A DNA stretch of 64,000 nucleotides, taken from a virus. Positions 46,852 to 57,383 of this stretch are shown piece after piece. The stretch covers positions 297,851 to 361,850 of the IMG/VR virus record IMGVR_UViG_3300045988_181067; one strand, written 5' to 3'. Within the stretch, counting starts at the first letter, position 1. Every line of letters starts with the position of its first letter. The translations under genes were made by a program, and so were the position numbers. Below the pieces are notes generated by a model. The model worked only from the letters and a program-made list of their open reading frames with translations, was not told the DNA's origin and did no database searches.

Positions 46852-48113
46852 TGCTCTTCCTCCCAGTAGCCGGAATGCGTGAGAGGGTTGATGCCGTCTC
46901 TGCGAATTCCATCGTCATCGTATTTATGTGCAGGCATTGATTCGTTGTTCATATCTTTAAAGTCAATAACTTTGTTTCCCATTGCTCGGCTGATACCATC
47001 TTGTGTGCCTCTTTCGCAAACAATATGGTATTTCTCTTTTACAGCTTTTTGGTAAACGAGTTCTTCAAGTTCTATGATTGGAAACACGAGTGTTTTGCTT
47101 TCTTCATCATTGATGTAAGCTTCAACATATTCCCTTGCTTCGATAGTAGTGTGCTTGTCTGTCATTTCAGAGAGCCACATTTCTATCATTTGGTTGAGGT
47201 CATCTCTTGTAAGTGTTACGGTTCTTGAGAGTAGTTCAACGCCGAGTGTGTCTGTTGGTACGAAGTAGTTGTGTTTGTATACTTCTTCTAAATTTGCGAG
47301 AGTCATCAGCTTGTTTGTGATGGTTGCTTCTCCGGCTCTTTTTATATTTTTGCCGTATTTGTCGCCTGTAATGATTTTTGGTATCATGGCGCATGTTTTC
47401 CCTATTATGATGCTTTTTGGTTGGATAGCACATGCCGTTTGGAAGTCTTGGCTTTCTGTGGCTGCATTACTGTTTTGGAGAAGCGCTGTGATTGCACTTA
47501 CTCGCCGCTTTTCGTAGGATATTATCCATTTCATGAGTTTGTCTAGTGTGCAGTAGAGGTAGTAAATGCCTTTGCTGTTGATGATGGCTCCCACCAGACG
47601 GCTCATACCTGTTGTGTATTCTTCGCCGACAGTGTTTGTGGCTTTTATAGTTGCGGATAGTTCATCTGACAGAAACAGCAATCCTTTGTTGTAGAAGTAG
47701 TTTTCCATAAACTTCTCATAGTCTTTGGTGTTTGCATTGAGAATGTTTGTTAGCTGGATTCCTTCTTCTTTGGCTAGTTTTATACCTGCTGCCCTGCACA
47801 TACAAGAAGTCGTTTCTACCCTGTTTAGTCTTCTTCCTTGTTCTCCTTTGAAACGCCGTTTCATGGTAGCTCTTTTTTCACTATCCAGAGAGTCTTTAGC
47901 TGTTGTACGGATGTACTTTATACCGTCCGGTGAGATGCGCAGATAATTTGATTCATCTTTACGAAATACTTCTACATAGCCATGTTTGATTGCGTTTCGA
48001 ACCGCAAGAGTCAGGCTTTGGTAAGGTATATCTGGTAGTGCTATTACAAGCTGCCTGCGTTGGATTGAATCAACCCCATACAGATAGCACAGAAGCTTTT
48101 GCTCATGCGTCAT
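46848..48113 (-). CDS. hypothetical protein with N-terminal winged-helix-like domain (possible replication/partition factor)
   Basis: Start MTHEQKLLCYLYG after GAGGGGA RBS; remainder unassigned. Confidence 0.45.
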   Translation of the reverse strand: MTHEQKLLCYLYGVDSIQRRQLVIALPDIPYQSLTLAVRNAIKHGYVEVFRKDESNYLRISPDGIKYIRTTAKDSLDSEKRATMKRRFKGEQGRRLNRVETTSCMCRAAGIKLAKEEGIQLTNILNANTKDYEKFMENYFYNKGLLFLSDELSATIKATNTVGEEYTTGMSRLVGAIINSKGIYYLYCTLDKLMKWIISYEKRRVSAITALLQNSNAATESQDFQTACAIQPKSIIIGKTCAMIPKIITGDKYGKNIKRAGEATITNKLMTLANLEEVYKHNYFVPTDTLGVELLSRTVTLTRDDLNQMIEMWLSEMTDKHTTIEAREYVEAYINDEESKTLVFPIIELEELVYQKAVKEKYHIVCERGTQDGISRAMGNKVIDFKDMNNESMPAHKYDDDGIRRDGINPLTHSGYWEEEQ

Positions 48114-48288
48114 TTTGTCCCCTCGCTTTTGTCCTTTAGATTCCGTATTGCGTACCAAAGACGGTTCAAGAATCCCCACAGCCTCGCAGAAATCCATATA
48201 AAGAAATACAACATTTTCAGGAGCGTATTTTTGCACCCCTAAAAATGTTGTTTTTTTACATCCCTGAAACTGTTGTATGCAGCTACGC

Positions 48289-49077
48289 TTAGAGCCATTT
48301 CGTAATGTCTTCTTTCTGGCAAAGAATAACATCCAAATAAGGTCCTTGCTGGTCTTCAATGGCGGTATAAACAAAGCTCATAAGCTGCCAGCCGTCGCCG
48401 TGCTGAAGAACCCTGCTGATAGCGTTTGTGATAGCTCCTGTATAGACATTATTACTGTCTATAGGCATCGCCCCTCCGAGTACAATTCCGCGCCGAAACA
48501 CAAGATAAAGATGCTCTGGAGGAACGCTCACGGGACCGTTTTTAGCAATGAATTTCCGAAGCACAGCCTCCGTAATGTAGTCAAATTCGGCATCAAGGAA
48601 ATACTGGTTTGCCTCATTCTTGTATCGCGCTTTTCGGCTGTACCATTCATAATGAAACGGTGGTAAAAACGAAGAATATCGTATCTTCAGTATTCCATTT
48701 TTAGGCTGCGAAATTTGGCAAAAATCGTTCGGAATCAAAGCTGATTTATGTGCTTTTTCGTAGGGCTCTTGCCGTTCTTTTCCTTCAAAAGAAGTCAAAA
48801 TAGCGCGTTCTGCTTTGAGAATCTCTACAGAAACAGCATTTAGAGTATCTTCCGAAGTATTATTGCGGAGGCTTTGCATATCCGGCAGTTGCTCCATATA
48901 ATCAGAGGCTTTTTTGAGCTTGTCTTTGACATACTTTGCCGATTTCGAATATGGCGTAGGTGCGAGCAAATTGCCAGTCTGCTCGGCTTTGCTTGTCACG
49001 CCTACTGGCTCTCCGTTTTCTTCGATATATCGTTTATAATCACTTAATGACGGGAACGCCATCCCAAACCTCATCAT
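48289..49077 (-). CDS. hypothetical protein
   Basis: 262 aa. Confidence 0.45.
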   Translation of the reverse strand: MMRFGMAFPSLSDYKRYIEENGEPVGVTSKAEQTGNLLAPTPYSKSAKYVKDKLKKASDYMEQLPDMQSLRNNTSEDTLNAVSVEILKAERAILTSFEGKERQEPYEKAHKSALIPNDFCQISQPKNGILKIRYSSFLPPFHYEWYSRKARYKNEANQYFLDAEFDYITEAVLRKFIAKNGPVSVPPEHLYLVFRRGIVLGGAMPIDSNNVYTGAITNAISRVLQHGDGWQLMSFVYTAIEDQQGPYLDVILCQKEDITKWL

Positions 49078-49630
49078 CCTCGACCTGTTCGGTCACTTCC
49101 AAGTTGTAGTCGTCATCTACGGTACAGAAGAAGCGAATGCCACAACCATCAAGCAGCTCACGGTTTGCTCCGGGACGCATAATAGCGATACGGGATGTGA
49201 CCGGCATCATTTCTTCACGAATACCATTGTTGCGAATCATATCAGCAACAATAAGTTCCTTGCCCTTTTCAAACTCGCAGACATAATATACGCTGCCATC
49301 GAAACAGAAGCTCAACAGCCACGGGCAGGTAGAAGGGATTGAAAATTGACGGCTCTCCGGCAAAAATTCGCAGGCAACGCGGAATGCGCGACAGCGCTTG
49401 CGGACAAGGCTGTTCATGGTAATGTAATCAGCTTTCGCCAGACCGTCATTAGTGACATAGCACGCCGGACGACGGTTTGCGCCCTTACGGCAAGCGCTGT
49501 AGATAATCTCACGCGCCTTGTTCGGGGTAATATTGTACTGCCGTACGAGATATTCTTCCATCAGCTCGTTAGGGATAACGGGGATGGTATCGAGCAGTTC
49601 GCGGATATCGTTATTGTGTACCTCAGACAT
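49040..49630 (-). CDS. hypothetical protein
   Basis: Start MSEVHNND after AAAGGAGACA; upstream extension lacks RBS. Confidence 0.45.
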   Translation of the reverse strand: MSEVHNNDIRELLDTIPVIPNELMEEYLVRQYNITPNKAREIIYSACRKGANRRPACYVTNDGLAKADYITMNSLVRKRCRAFRVACEFLPESRQFSIPSTCPWLLSFCFDGSVYYVCEFEKGKELIVADMIRNNGIREEMMPVTSRIAIMRPGANRELLDGCGIRFFCTVDDDYNLEVTEQVEDDEVWDGVPVIK

Positions 49631-49914
49631 AAGTATGTCTCCTTTCAGCATATGCAAATTGTGCAATTTTGTTTTTGCCAATTGTGTCATTGTGTATTTT
49701 GCGGATTTATATGTTACTATTTTGTACGAACTGTCGTGCAAAATAAAGCATATCAAAAATGTGCATTTTGTATAGGAAACTAAAAGAAAAAGCACTTTTG
49801 AGATATACGGAATCAGCACATTTGTTTGTATCTGACCATCGCATATCTCAAAAGTGCTGTTTTCAGTTATTATTAGCGTTACATCGTTTGTATTTAAGCT
49901 TTGAATTGTGTTAT

Positions 49915-52605
49915 TTAATGTTTTTCGCTGTTGTCATCTGTTTTCGCAGATTCTTTCTTATCTTCTGCTTCCAGACGAGCTTGTTCTTCTTGGTGCTGTT
50001 TTTCTTTAAGCGCTTTTTCCTGCATATAGAAGCTCTTTGCATCCGTCGTGATTTCCTGCTTTTCGTAGTCAGCAGCTACAAAATCTACGAACAATTTTGC
50101 AGAAGAAGAACAAACCAAGCCTTGACCACGCTGCAGGCTAGAAACATTTTCCATTTCTGCATCAGTAAGTTGGATGGCGGCTTGCAAAGCTTGTGCTTCA
50201 GAAGGAATAAGATGCATGATAATTTTGGTATCGGCGTTACCGATAATAGCTTTGCCGTATTTACCGCCTTTGTATTCGTAGAACTGCGAAATGTCCTGTG
50301 TCATTGCGAATGCCGAACCGCCGTAAGCACGAATCGTACGGAAGATTTCAACAACATCCTCAGCCGCCATTTCGTTTGAGTCAGTGCCAATCAGCTTCCA
50401 ACACTCATCGATAAAGACTGCTTTACGCTTTTTACGGTCTTCTTTGATTTTTGTCCAAACGAAGTCAAGAACAACGAACATAGACATCGTAAGGATTGCA
50501 CCTTTCATGCCGTTAAAGTCAAACACAATATACTTGGCTTTTAAGTCAACATTTGTGGGGCGGTTGTAACACGCCATAGAACCAGTAATAAGAGGATTAA
50601 GGATATTGCTAATCCGATGCAGTTCTTGATACTTGAGCATTTCTTTATGCAGGTCTTGCAGCAGCGGCATTTTCTTATATTGACCGGTTTCTCTATCATA
50701 GATAGAGTTGTTGTCGTTTGTAATTCCAAACTTTTTGTATACCGTAATGAGGCAGGTATCAATCAACTGTTCTTCTTCCTGCGTAAGGTCTTTGACGACC
50801 AAATGCATAAAAGATTTGATGGTATGGATTTTCTTTGTCAGCAGTGAGCCTGCCGAATACTCATCCATATCCTTGGCATCTTCATCGTCGGGAACTCGAA
50901 TATCCATGATATTGATACTATTGACAGAAGACGGGTCCATGCTAATGAACTGACCGTCGACTGCCTTGCAGCCACCACCATAGTCTTCCAAGCCCTTCAA
51001 GGGAGAAATGATGAATACTTGTGTATCCATTTCAGAAAGACGAAGCGCAAACAACTGTGCCGTGAAGGTTTTGCCATAGCCAGAAGAACCGAGGATAACT
51101 GCGTTGGCATTTGCGTGAATATCCGTGTCGAACATATCAATCGTAACCAACGAGTTGTTTGCACGGTTTGTACCAACCATAACGCCATCGGGGTCCTGCA
51201 TCTCAAAGGAAATGAACGGATAGCAGGATGCAACGCCGGAGGTTAAGAGGTTACGCTGTGCCTTCCTCTTAATGTCTTTATGAATTTTTGCCAGCGGCAA
51301 GATTGCAGACTCAAAGCATTCTTCCATCATGAAGTTGGCACGGCGGATTTTCATGCCTTGCCCTTTTGCACGTTTTTCCAGAGCATCATATTTGTATTCC
51401 AGCTCGTCAAGGGAGTCACCAACAATGGTGATGAGTGTACACATATAGTAGAAATCTTCGCCGCTGGAAAGACCTTGAAGCATATATTCGGCAGATGCAA
51501 TTTTTTCTACTCGCGCATGGTAGTCAGAGTCTGTATCGTGGCTGTCCATTGCATTTGCACGGCTCAAACGAAGTTGTGTACTGATTTTGTTAAACACCGC
51601 TTCACGAGAAACATGCTCAAAGAACATATCCACATCGATACCTTCGCCCGCATTGACGAACATTGCAATCCAACCGGCATATACCTGTTGGCTGTATCCT
51701 TGTGATGGAACATAAGCAAAGGTATAAAACTTTCCGTCAATTACGATGTAGTTGTAATGCGTGAAATCAATCCACGCAGGAGCAATCAATTCCGGAGCCT
51801 GCAAAGAGGTTTTCATTCCTTTTTCATCGGCTTCCAAATAGCGTGTGATAATCGGGTTTACATGGTCATGGAATGTAACCGTCTCACTCTTTTTACGGTT
51901 CAACATTTGATAAAGGAGCTGATGGATACCGGCATCTTCATTATGGTCTTTGTCCCCAAGAGCCTGAATATAGATATTTCCGCATTGCTCCATATGTGAA
52001 CGGATGTTGGCGGCTATGGCGTTCAAGTCGGCAACAACAGCTTCAAAATTTGAACCATCATTGCTGATGGTCTTTTGAAACTCGATAGAAATAAAGAACC
52101 GACGCGTAATACCAACAGACAATGCCGTTTTGCGAAGCAGATTGATATATGCTTTCAGCATGCGTTTTCTTTTCTGGTTTTCTTCTTCTTCGTAATAAGA
52201 CTTGACGGTTGCAATTGTGCTTTCAACATCAGCCTTGCGTGCAAAAGTTTTGAACTGAATATTGCACGGTGCAGCTTTAAATGTCTGATAGAAAAGCGAA
52301 ATCACACGGTTCTGAGTTTCAGCATCCATATACGCGAAGTTGATGGGACGAAACTCCAGAATCTTAACATACCGGCGGTCTTTTGTGATGATGACACCAT
52401 TATAGATATCATCGACAGGGATTACTCGCTGTGTGCTCTTGATGATTTGGTAGCGCCCTTTTTGCTCTGCCATCTGTTTTTGGATGCGGGCGCGTTCTGC
52501 TTTTTCGATTTCTTCTCGCTCTTTTTTGGTAAGGCGAATATCTTCAATATTCGTACCAACTACTCCTTTAGGAATAGCTTGCTCCTTGTTTTTCTTTCTA
52601 AACAT
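49915..52605 (-). CDS. virB4: VirB4/TraE/PrgJ-family conjugative transfer ATPase
   Basis: Walker A ILGSSGYGKTF; ~900 aa. Confidence 0.85.
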   Translation of the reverse strand: MFRKKNKEQAIPKGVVGTNIEDIRLTKKEREEIEKAERARIQKQMAEQKGRYQIIKSTQRVIPVDDIYNGVIITKDRRYVKILEFRPINFAYMDAETQNRVISLFYQTFKAAPCNIQFKTFARKADVESTIATVKSYYEEEENQKRKRMLKAYINLLRKTALSVGITRRFFISIEFQKTISNDGSNFEAVVADLNAIAANIRSHMEQCGNIYIQALGDKDHNEDAGIHQLLYQMLNRKKSETVTFHDHVNPIITRYLEADEKGMKTSLQAPELIAPAWIDFTHYNYIVIDGKFYTFAYVPSQGYSQQVYAGWIAMFVNAGEGIDVDMFFEHVSREAVFNKISTQLRLSRANAMDSHDTDSDYHARVEKIASAEYMLQGLSSGEDFYYMCTLITIVGDSLDELEYKYDALEKRAKGQGMKIRRANFMMEECFESAILPLAKIHKDIKRKAQRNLLTSGVASCYPFISFEMQDPDGVMVGTNRANNSLVTIDMFDTDIHANANAVILGSSGYGKTFTAQLFALRLSEMDTQVFIISPLKGLEDYGGGCKAVDGQFISMDPSSVNSINIMDIRVPDDEDAKDMDEYSAGSLLTKKIHTIKSFMHLVVKDLTQEEEQLIDTCLITVYKKFGITNDNNSIYDRETGQYKKMPLLQDLHKEMLKYQELHRISNILNPLITGSMACYNRPTNVDLKAKYIVFDFNGMKGAILTMSMFVVLDFVWTKIKEDRKKRKAVFIDECWKLIGTDSNEMAAEDVVEIFRTIRAYGGSAFAMTQDISQFYEYKGGKYGKAIIGNADTKIIMHLIPSEAQALQAAIQLTDAEMENVSSLQRGQGLVCSSSAKLFVDFVAADYEKQEITTDAKSFYMQEKALKEKQHQEEQARLEAEDKKESAKTDDNSEKH

Positions 52606-52613
52606 CTCTTCTA

Positions 52614-53837
52614 TCACCTCGCACTATCAAAGATTGAAATATCATTCAACGAAGTATTCGTATTGAGTTTAGGTCTTGCTTTACCTTTACGCGTGATTTT
52701 ACGAGCGCCAAGGTGAGTCACTTGATATCGTTCTGTCGGTGTCAATGGAATCTCATCCAAATCATCAATATCGACTTCAATCTCTTCATCCAAGCCGACA
52801 TATTGAGAAATTGGGCTTACGGCTGATTCCACAGGCTGTTTCTGCTCAACGGGTTTATCTTCAATATCCAACAGTTCTACTTCAATTTCTTCTGAATCGT
52901 CTTGCACAGTTGTATCAATTGCAGGGGCTTTTTCTTCTGCCCGTACTGTTTCTGTCTCGCTGTGCTGAAGCGTGTCTACGCTTTGAACATTAGAAGTGCT
53001 TTCATCGGTTGTCTGTTGAACTATGCTTTCAGAAGAAATATTCTCGTTTTCTTTAGCCGCGTTTTCTTCTTCGAGCTTTGCACGGGCTTGTGCCTGCTTA
53101 ACACGTTCTGCTTTGTCAAGACGCCGTTGAACAGCCGCTTGAATCATAGCCTCTTGTTCCGCTTCGCGCTGTTTCTTAGCTTCATCTTCTTCTTTATGCT
53201 TTTGTTTCAAAGCCGCCTTAGCTGCTTTGCGCTCGCTTCGTGGCAAAGATTTGATATATTCTTTTTCTTCTTTAGCACGTTGCTTTGCTTCTGCTTTCAG
53301 TTCAGCCTGTGTTTTGAGTTCTTCCGGTTTTTCGATAAAGTTTTCGTCATCATCATAGTAGATATGAAGATTGTCTGAATTGATATCTGCGCTGATAGCA
53401 TTTTCTTCTCCACCAACTACTTTACCTTTGATAGATTCATAAGCTCTCTTCAACTTTTCTCTCGGAAGGAGCTTGTCGTCGTGAATCAGATAATCGGGTT
53501 CAAGTTCTGTTTTAATACGGGGATTGTATTTTGAAATTCTACGGTTTTTTCTAAAACGAATAACACGAGCAATGAACTCAAATAAACTGTCTCCATCAAC
53601 GCCGACTACCGTTGCCATAAATGCACCGGCACATAAGATAACACAATATGCTACTGTGGATAGAATATCCCATCCAAGTTTAGTCCAGCCATATGCGAAA
53701 ATTCCGAGAAAAGGTAGTGCAACGATGATACCTTCGACAAAGTTTCTGGTTCGGAACAAACCGCCAAACACATAACCTGTATCAAACGCGTTTTTTGGTA
53801 TATTATATACATTCGGCTCTGTTTCTTCTCTTGCCAT
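52614..53837 (-). CDS. PrgI-like/VirB3-like conjugal transfer membrane protein with Lys/Glu-rich coiled coil
   Basis: Position upstream of VirB4; N-terminal TM hairpin FRTRNFVEGIIVALPFLGIFAYGW. Confidence 0.45.
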   Translation of the reverse strand: MAREETEPNVYNIPKNAFDTGYVFGGLFRTRNFVEGIIVALPFLGIFAYGWTKLGWDILSTVAYCVILCAGAFMATVVGVDGDSLFEFIARVIRFRKNRRISKYNPRIKTELEPDYLIHDDKLLPREKLKRAYESIKGKVVGGEENAISADINSDNLHIYYDDDENFIEKPEELKTQAELKAEAKQRAKEEKEYIKSLPRSERKAAKAALKQKHKEEDEAKKQREAEQEAMIQAAVQRRLDKAERVKQAQARAKLEEENAAKENENISSESIVQQTTDESTSNVQSVDTLQHSETETVRAEEKAPAIDTTVQDDSEEIEVELLDIEDKPVEQKQPVESAVSPISQYVGLDEEIEVDIDDLDEIPLTPTERYQVTHLGARKITRKGKARPKLNTNTSLNDISIFDSAR

Positions 53838-53840
53838 AAT

Positions 53841-54182
53841 TTACTTTCCCCTCTTCCCGATGATATTGTGCATTACAGCACAGCATCTATTAAGTAGTTC
53901 AAAAACAAGCATCGTATTATTTGTTGTGCCTGCTTTTAATAAAGCTGTTTCTTTAACACTCGCTATTACGCCGTGTTCATAGACATTCAAAGAAACAACT
54001 GCTGCATTTTTTTCGCAGCAATTTTCTACAGAATGAATATCTACATCTCCCCTATCGAAAGAAGTAGAGACAGACATTTCTATTTTTTCTCCTTGGACGT
54101 TGCAAGCTATAAACAAGTCTCTGTCATCAAGGTGAGAATAAAAAGAACCTGACCGTACACTAAGATTTTCACACACAAACAT
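53841..54182 (-). CDS. hypothetical protein (start uncertain)
   Basis: 113-codon ORF. Confidence 0.3.
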   Translation of the reverse strand: MFVCENLSVRSGSFYSHLDDRDLFIACNVQGEKIEMSVSTSFDRGDVDIHSVENCCEKNAAVVSLNVYEHGVIASVKETALLKAGTTNNTMLVFELLNRCCAVMHNIIGKRGK

Positions 54183-54314
54183 TCACCTCAACAATCTATT
54201 CGAATTCATATCATTGGCCTGCACTATGCAGTTGTTCACTACGCGCCGCGAGAAGGCTGATATGTATGCGTAGTAACCGACTGCCCGTCGGATAGGCAGA
54301 CAGTCGGCAAGGGA

Positions 54315-55493
54315 TTAGACCTTGTGGCAAGCGCCCCAGACATAGTTGCGCTTGTCGTCGTAGCCGTAGACAAGCAGCGTCACGCGGTCACCACGAGTCA
54401 ACAGCTCGTCGGATGCAGTCAGAGCCACACGAGCCTGAATATTGCCAGCATCGACAATCAGGCGGTAGAAGCGGTCATTGACAGACGTGACCGTGGCACC
54501 GTAAGCGCCACCGCGAGCGAGGCTGTGAATGTTCATGGCAGGATTGGCACGGCGCTCCAGAATAGCGCGGTTCATGCGCAGGCTGACAGTGCCGTTTTCT
54601 GCATCGACATTCAGGTCCTCGATAACAACGGGGATGCCCTCGCCAACATGGAACTTCTCGGCGACATTGTCGATGTACTCATAAGCAGACAGAGAGGCAG
54701 CACCGATGCTGGTCTCAACGCCAAGGGCTTCGGCAATGACATAGTCAGGACCGGTAGACAGAATAGATGCAGCGGCGCGGGTGCCGTTGGTCACATCAGC
54801 ATTGCGGCCAAAGAAGTGGCGATTGCGCTGAAGCTGCATAGCGTCCTGACGAGAACCGGCAAAGACAACCTCGCCGTCTTCTGACTCGGCTTCCATGTAG
54901 GGGCAGAAATTGATGATGGCACCGTTCATCAGCTTTGCCTTGCGCAGGTAGCGACGCTGACGAGTTGCCTCGTCATCATTCTCGATGCCCTTCATCTGGC
55001 TGAAGTGGAAGAAATCTTCTGCCTGAATCATCACGCGCAGCGTGCCACGAGTGACCTCAACAACAGCGCTGCCGGTGCCAACAGGACGGACGCCGAAGAC
55101 CTTGCCTTGCAGAAAGCGGCGGGGGTTGCGCTTGTTGTCAGCCACACAGCGGCGCATCTCTGCGAGGTCGCGGGCACGGCGGTCCTCAGGCATATCGACC
55201 TTCAGCATGTCGTTGCCATCGTCGATGAAGTCTCCAATCTGGAGGTCATCATCAGAACGACGAGCGGCACGGGGGCGACGCTCCTCAACGGGCTCTTCAT
55301 CCACACCCTCGTCTGCGGGGGCGGGAACAGCCTCAGGAGCGACGTCGTCGACTTCTGCGGGTTCAGTGTCAACCTCTGCGGACTCAACCTCAGGAGCAGC
55401 CTCTACTGCTTCTGCAGCCTCATCCGCAATGGCGGGGGTGGTCACCTCGTCAACCTCGACGGGGGTGGCGTTCAGCATTTCGTTTTCGTTCAT
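54315..55493 (-). CDS. hypothetical protein with acidic N-terminus and OB/S1-like repeats
   Basis: Start MNENEML after AAAGGAGAA; locally higher GC. Confidence 0.45.
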   Translation of the reverse strand: MNENEMLNATPVEVDEVTTPAIADEAAEAVEAAPEVESAEVDTEPAEVDDVAPEAVPAPADEGVDEEPVEERRPRAARRSDDDLQIGDFIDDGNDMLKVDMPEDRRARDLAEMRRCVADNKRNPRRFLQGKVFGVRPVGTGSAVVEVTRGTLRVMIQAEDFFHFSQMKGIENDDEATRQRRYLRKAKLMNGAIINFCPYMEAESEDGEVVFAGSRQDAMQLQRNRHFFGRNADVTNGTRAAASILSTGPDYVIAEALGVETSIGAASLSAYEYIDNVAEKFHVGEGIPVVIEDLNVDAENGTVSLRMNRAILERRANPAMNIHSLARGGAYGATVTSVNDRFYRLIVDAGNIQARVALTASDELLTRGDRVTLLVYGYDDKRNYVWGACHKV

Positions 55494-55629
55494 GGTATTG
55501 TTCTCCTTTTCAGGTAAAATGTTATCGACATTAGTTACCCGAAACGGTTCCGGGTAATATCCACCACACGCCACGCGGAGGCTGCCGATTTGTGTGGTTC
55601 CCGACTCATTTCTGAATCGGGGAAAAGAA

Positions 55630-55660
55630 AACCCCGGTCTTTTTATCGACCGGGGTTAAG
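55630..55660 (-). terminator. rho-independent terminator after coupling-protein gene
   Basis: CCCCGGUCGAUAAAAAGACCGGGG hairpin followed by UUUUCUUUUCC on minus strand. Confidence 0.5.
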
Positions 55661-55668
55661 GAACTGTA

Positions 55669-57366
55669 TTATTTTTTTGATTTCGCTGATTTCTTGGTAA
55701 ACGCGTTTTCCTTTTCTGGTTTCTTGTTTCCGCCTAAAAGGTCTTCTTTCGAAAGACGACTGTTGTGTGGATTCATCTTTTCCTCTGTGCGCTTCTGAGC
55801 AATGCTAGTGTTGACTTCCTTCTGCTTTTGAATATCACCAACAAGGGATTCCAAAGCGTCATGCTTACGAGCGTTCGGATAAAGGTCAACTGTGCGAGGA
55901 AGTTCTGCCCATTTAGTCGGGACGAAATGCGGGTCTGTAAAGAGTGGATGATGGATGAATCCAAAGCGTTTAGCTTTCAACAAGTTCTGACCATTTGTCA
56001 TAATCAAAATTTCTTCTTTGCCAAGGTGCTGTACTTCATCGGGATTCATTAAGTTGCGTTTACCATCACCTTCACTGAGCGAATAGCCTTGCATTGCTCC
56101 ACGAAGACCAATGGTACTTGCTCTGGAATCGCTGACGCTCTTGGCGCGAATTGTAACGATGCCGCTCTTGTCTGAAATGTACTCTGCCGTATATTTATCG
56201 TTACAGCCAAGTACCAGCATAGTATTGCAGCAGCCAATGATGGTTTCGGCATTCTCTTCACCGTACAACTGCGTCAACTGAGGTAAGCTCTGCAAAATCA
56301 AGGAAACGGCAATCTTACGGGAACGCGCTGTTGCAATGGTCTTCTCGAAGTTCGGCCACACACCGGTGTTTGCCAACTCGTCTGCGACAACATTGACCGG
56401 AATACGCCCTTCCCCACCGACAGCATCGAAAGCTTCCTTCAAGTCTTTGAACAGGAAGCTCAAGAGCAAAGATGAAAGCAACTGCATAGAAGCGTTGTCG
56501 TCAGAAATGATAAGGAACAGTGCGGTTTTCTCTGCGCCGATATTGGCAAGACGAATATCATCATTACTGATAACGCGGCGCACCTTGTATGTCATAAACA
56601 ACTGCAAGCGAGTGTTCAAGCCACCAACAATGTTAGGCTGGACACGTTCGCCCATACCTTTAAAAACAGCCCAAGCAGATGCTGCAGGATGATTCAGAGG
56701 AACATTCTTGAAGTTGTCTTCCCAACTGTTCAGGTCATTGTGAAGCAAGGCATTATAGATGTCGGAGATATTGCAAGTGGGTGCGTCGTCTTCCCATGAT
56801 TGCAGCTTCTTACTTCCTTCTTCTTTGCCATAGAAGTTTTCGGCAAGGTACTCAACCACTTTTCTGCGGTCAAACATCGCCGATTCTGGATTCTTAACGA
56901 TTTCAATGAGTTTATCCCCATCTTCCTCTGTGATAAAGGGAAGTTGAGTTAGCAGCTCTTTTGTACGGCGCTCGTAGATTTTAATGAGCGTCGTCTCACG
57001 CATGAAAGCACAGTAGGAAACGGCAACACGAAACAGGTTTTCTTCGGAACTTTCCCAGAACGGGTCACCGCCTGCACCGCCACCGGTGTTTGTGATAACT
57101 GTTTTACAGAATGTGATAACACGCTGGTCGTCAATGTTGCCAGTGATGGGGTCGTAAATTTCTTGTACACAGTCCCATGCGTTGGAGAGGTCAAGGTTAA
57201 TAAGGTTGAAGACCTTGACTTTGTACCCGTTCGCTTCCAATAATTTCCGCATATCATTGTGAATTTCGCCCTTTGGGTCTGTAACGACCACAGATTCACC
57301 ACGGACGATAGATTGGAACACAGCAGTACGGACATAACCAAAAGACTTGCCGGAACCCGGCGGCAC
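55669..57366 (-). CDS. virD4: VirD4/TraG-family type IV coupling protein, 5'-truncated by element insertion
   Basis: Begins at Walker A PPGSGKS with in-frame stop 2 codons upstream; VVTDPKGE motif; N-terminal TM region missing. Confidence 0.75.
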   Translation of the reverse strand: MPPGSGKSFGYVRTAVFQSIVRGESVVVTDPKGEIHNDMRKLLEANGYKVKVFNLINLDLSNAWDCVQEIYDPITGNIDDQRVITFCKTVITNTGGGAGGDPFWESSEENLFRVAVSYCAFMRETTLIKIYERRTKELLTQLPFITEEDGDKLIEIVKNPESAMFDRRKVVEYLAENFYGKEEGSKKLQSWEDDAPTCNISDIYNALLHNDLNSWEDNFKNVPLNHPAASAWAVFKGMGERVQPNIVGGLNTRLQLFMTYKVRRVISNDDIRLANIGAEKTALFLIISDDNASMQLLSSLLLSFLFKDLKEAFDAVGGEGRIPVNVVADELANTGVWPNFEKTIATARSRKIAVSLILQSLPQLTQLYGEENAETIIGCCNTMLVLGCNDKYTAEYISDKSGIVTIRAKSVSDSRASTIGLRGAMQGYSLSEGDGKRNLMNPDEVQHLGKEEILIMTNGQNLLKAKRFGFIHHPLFTDPHFVPTKWAELPRTVDLYPNARKHDALESLVGDIQKQKEVNTSIAQKRTEEKMNPHNSRLSKEDLLGGNKKPEKENAFTKKSAKSKK

Positions 57367-57383
57367 GATGTACTAATACAATG

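Larger units (their letters stand above)
1..57366. mobile_element. Putative integrative/conjugative element or genomic island (partial, boundaries not in window)
   Basis: Uniform minus-strand gene polarity; conjugation genes (PrgI-like, VirB4, VirD4); Abi/TA/IS/IscB cargo; shared promoter architecture. Confidence 0.4.

Noticed and set aside
55042-55557. Ser/Ala-rich 171-aa + ORF
   Set aside because: Antisense to 54315-55493 gene; compositional artefact.
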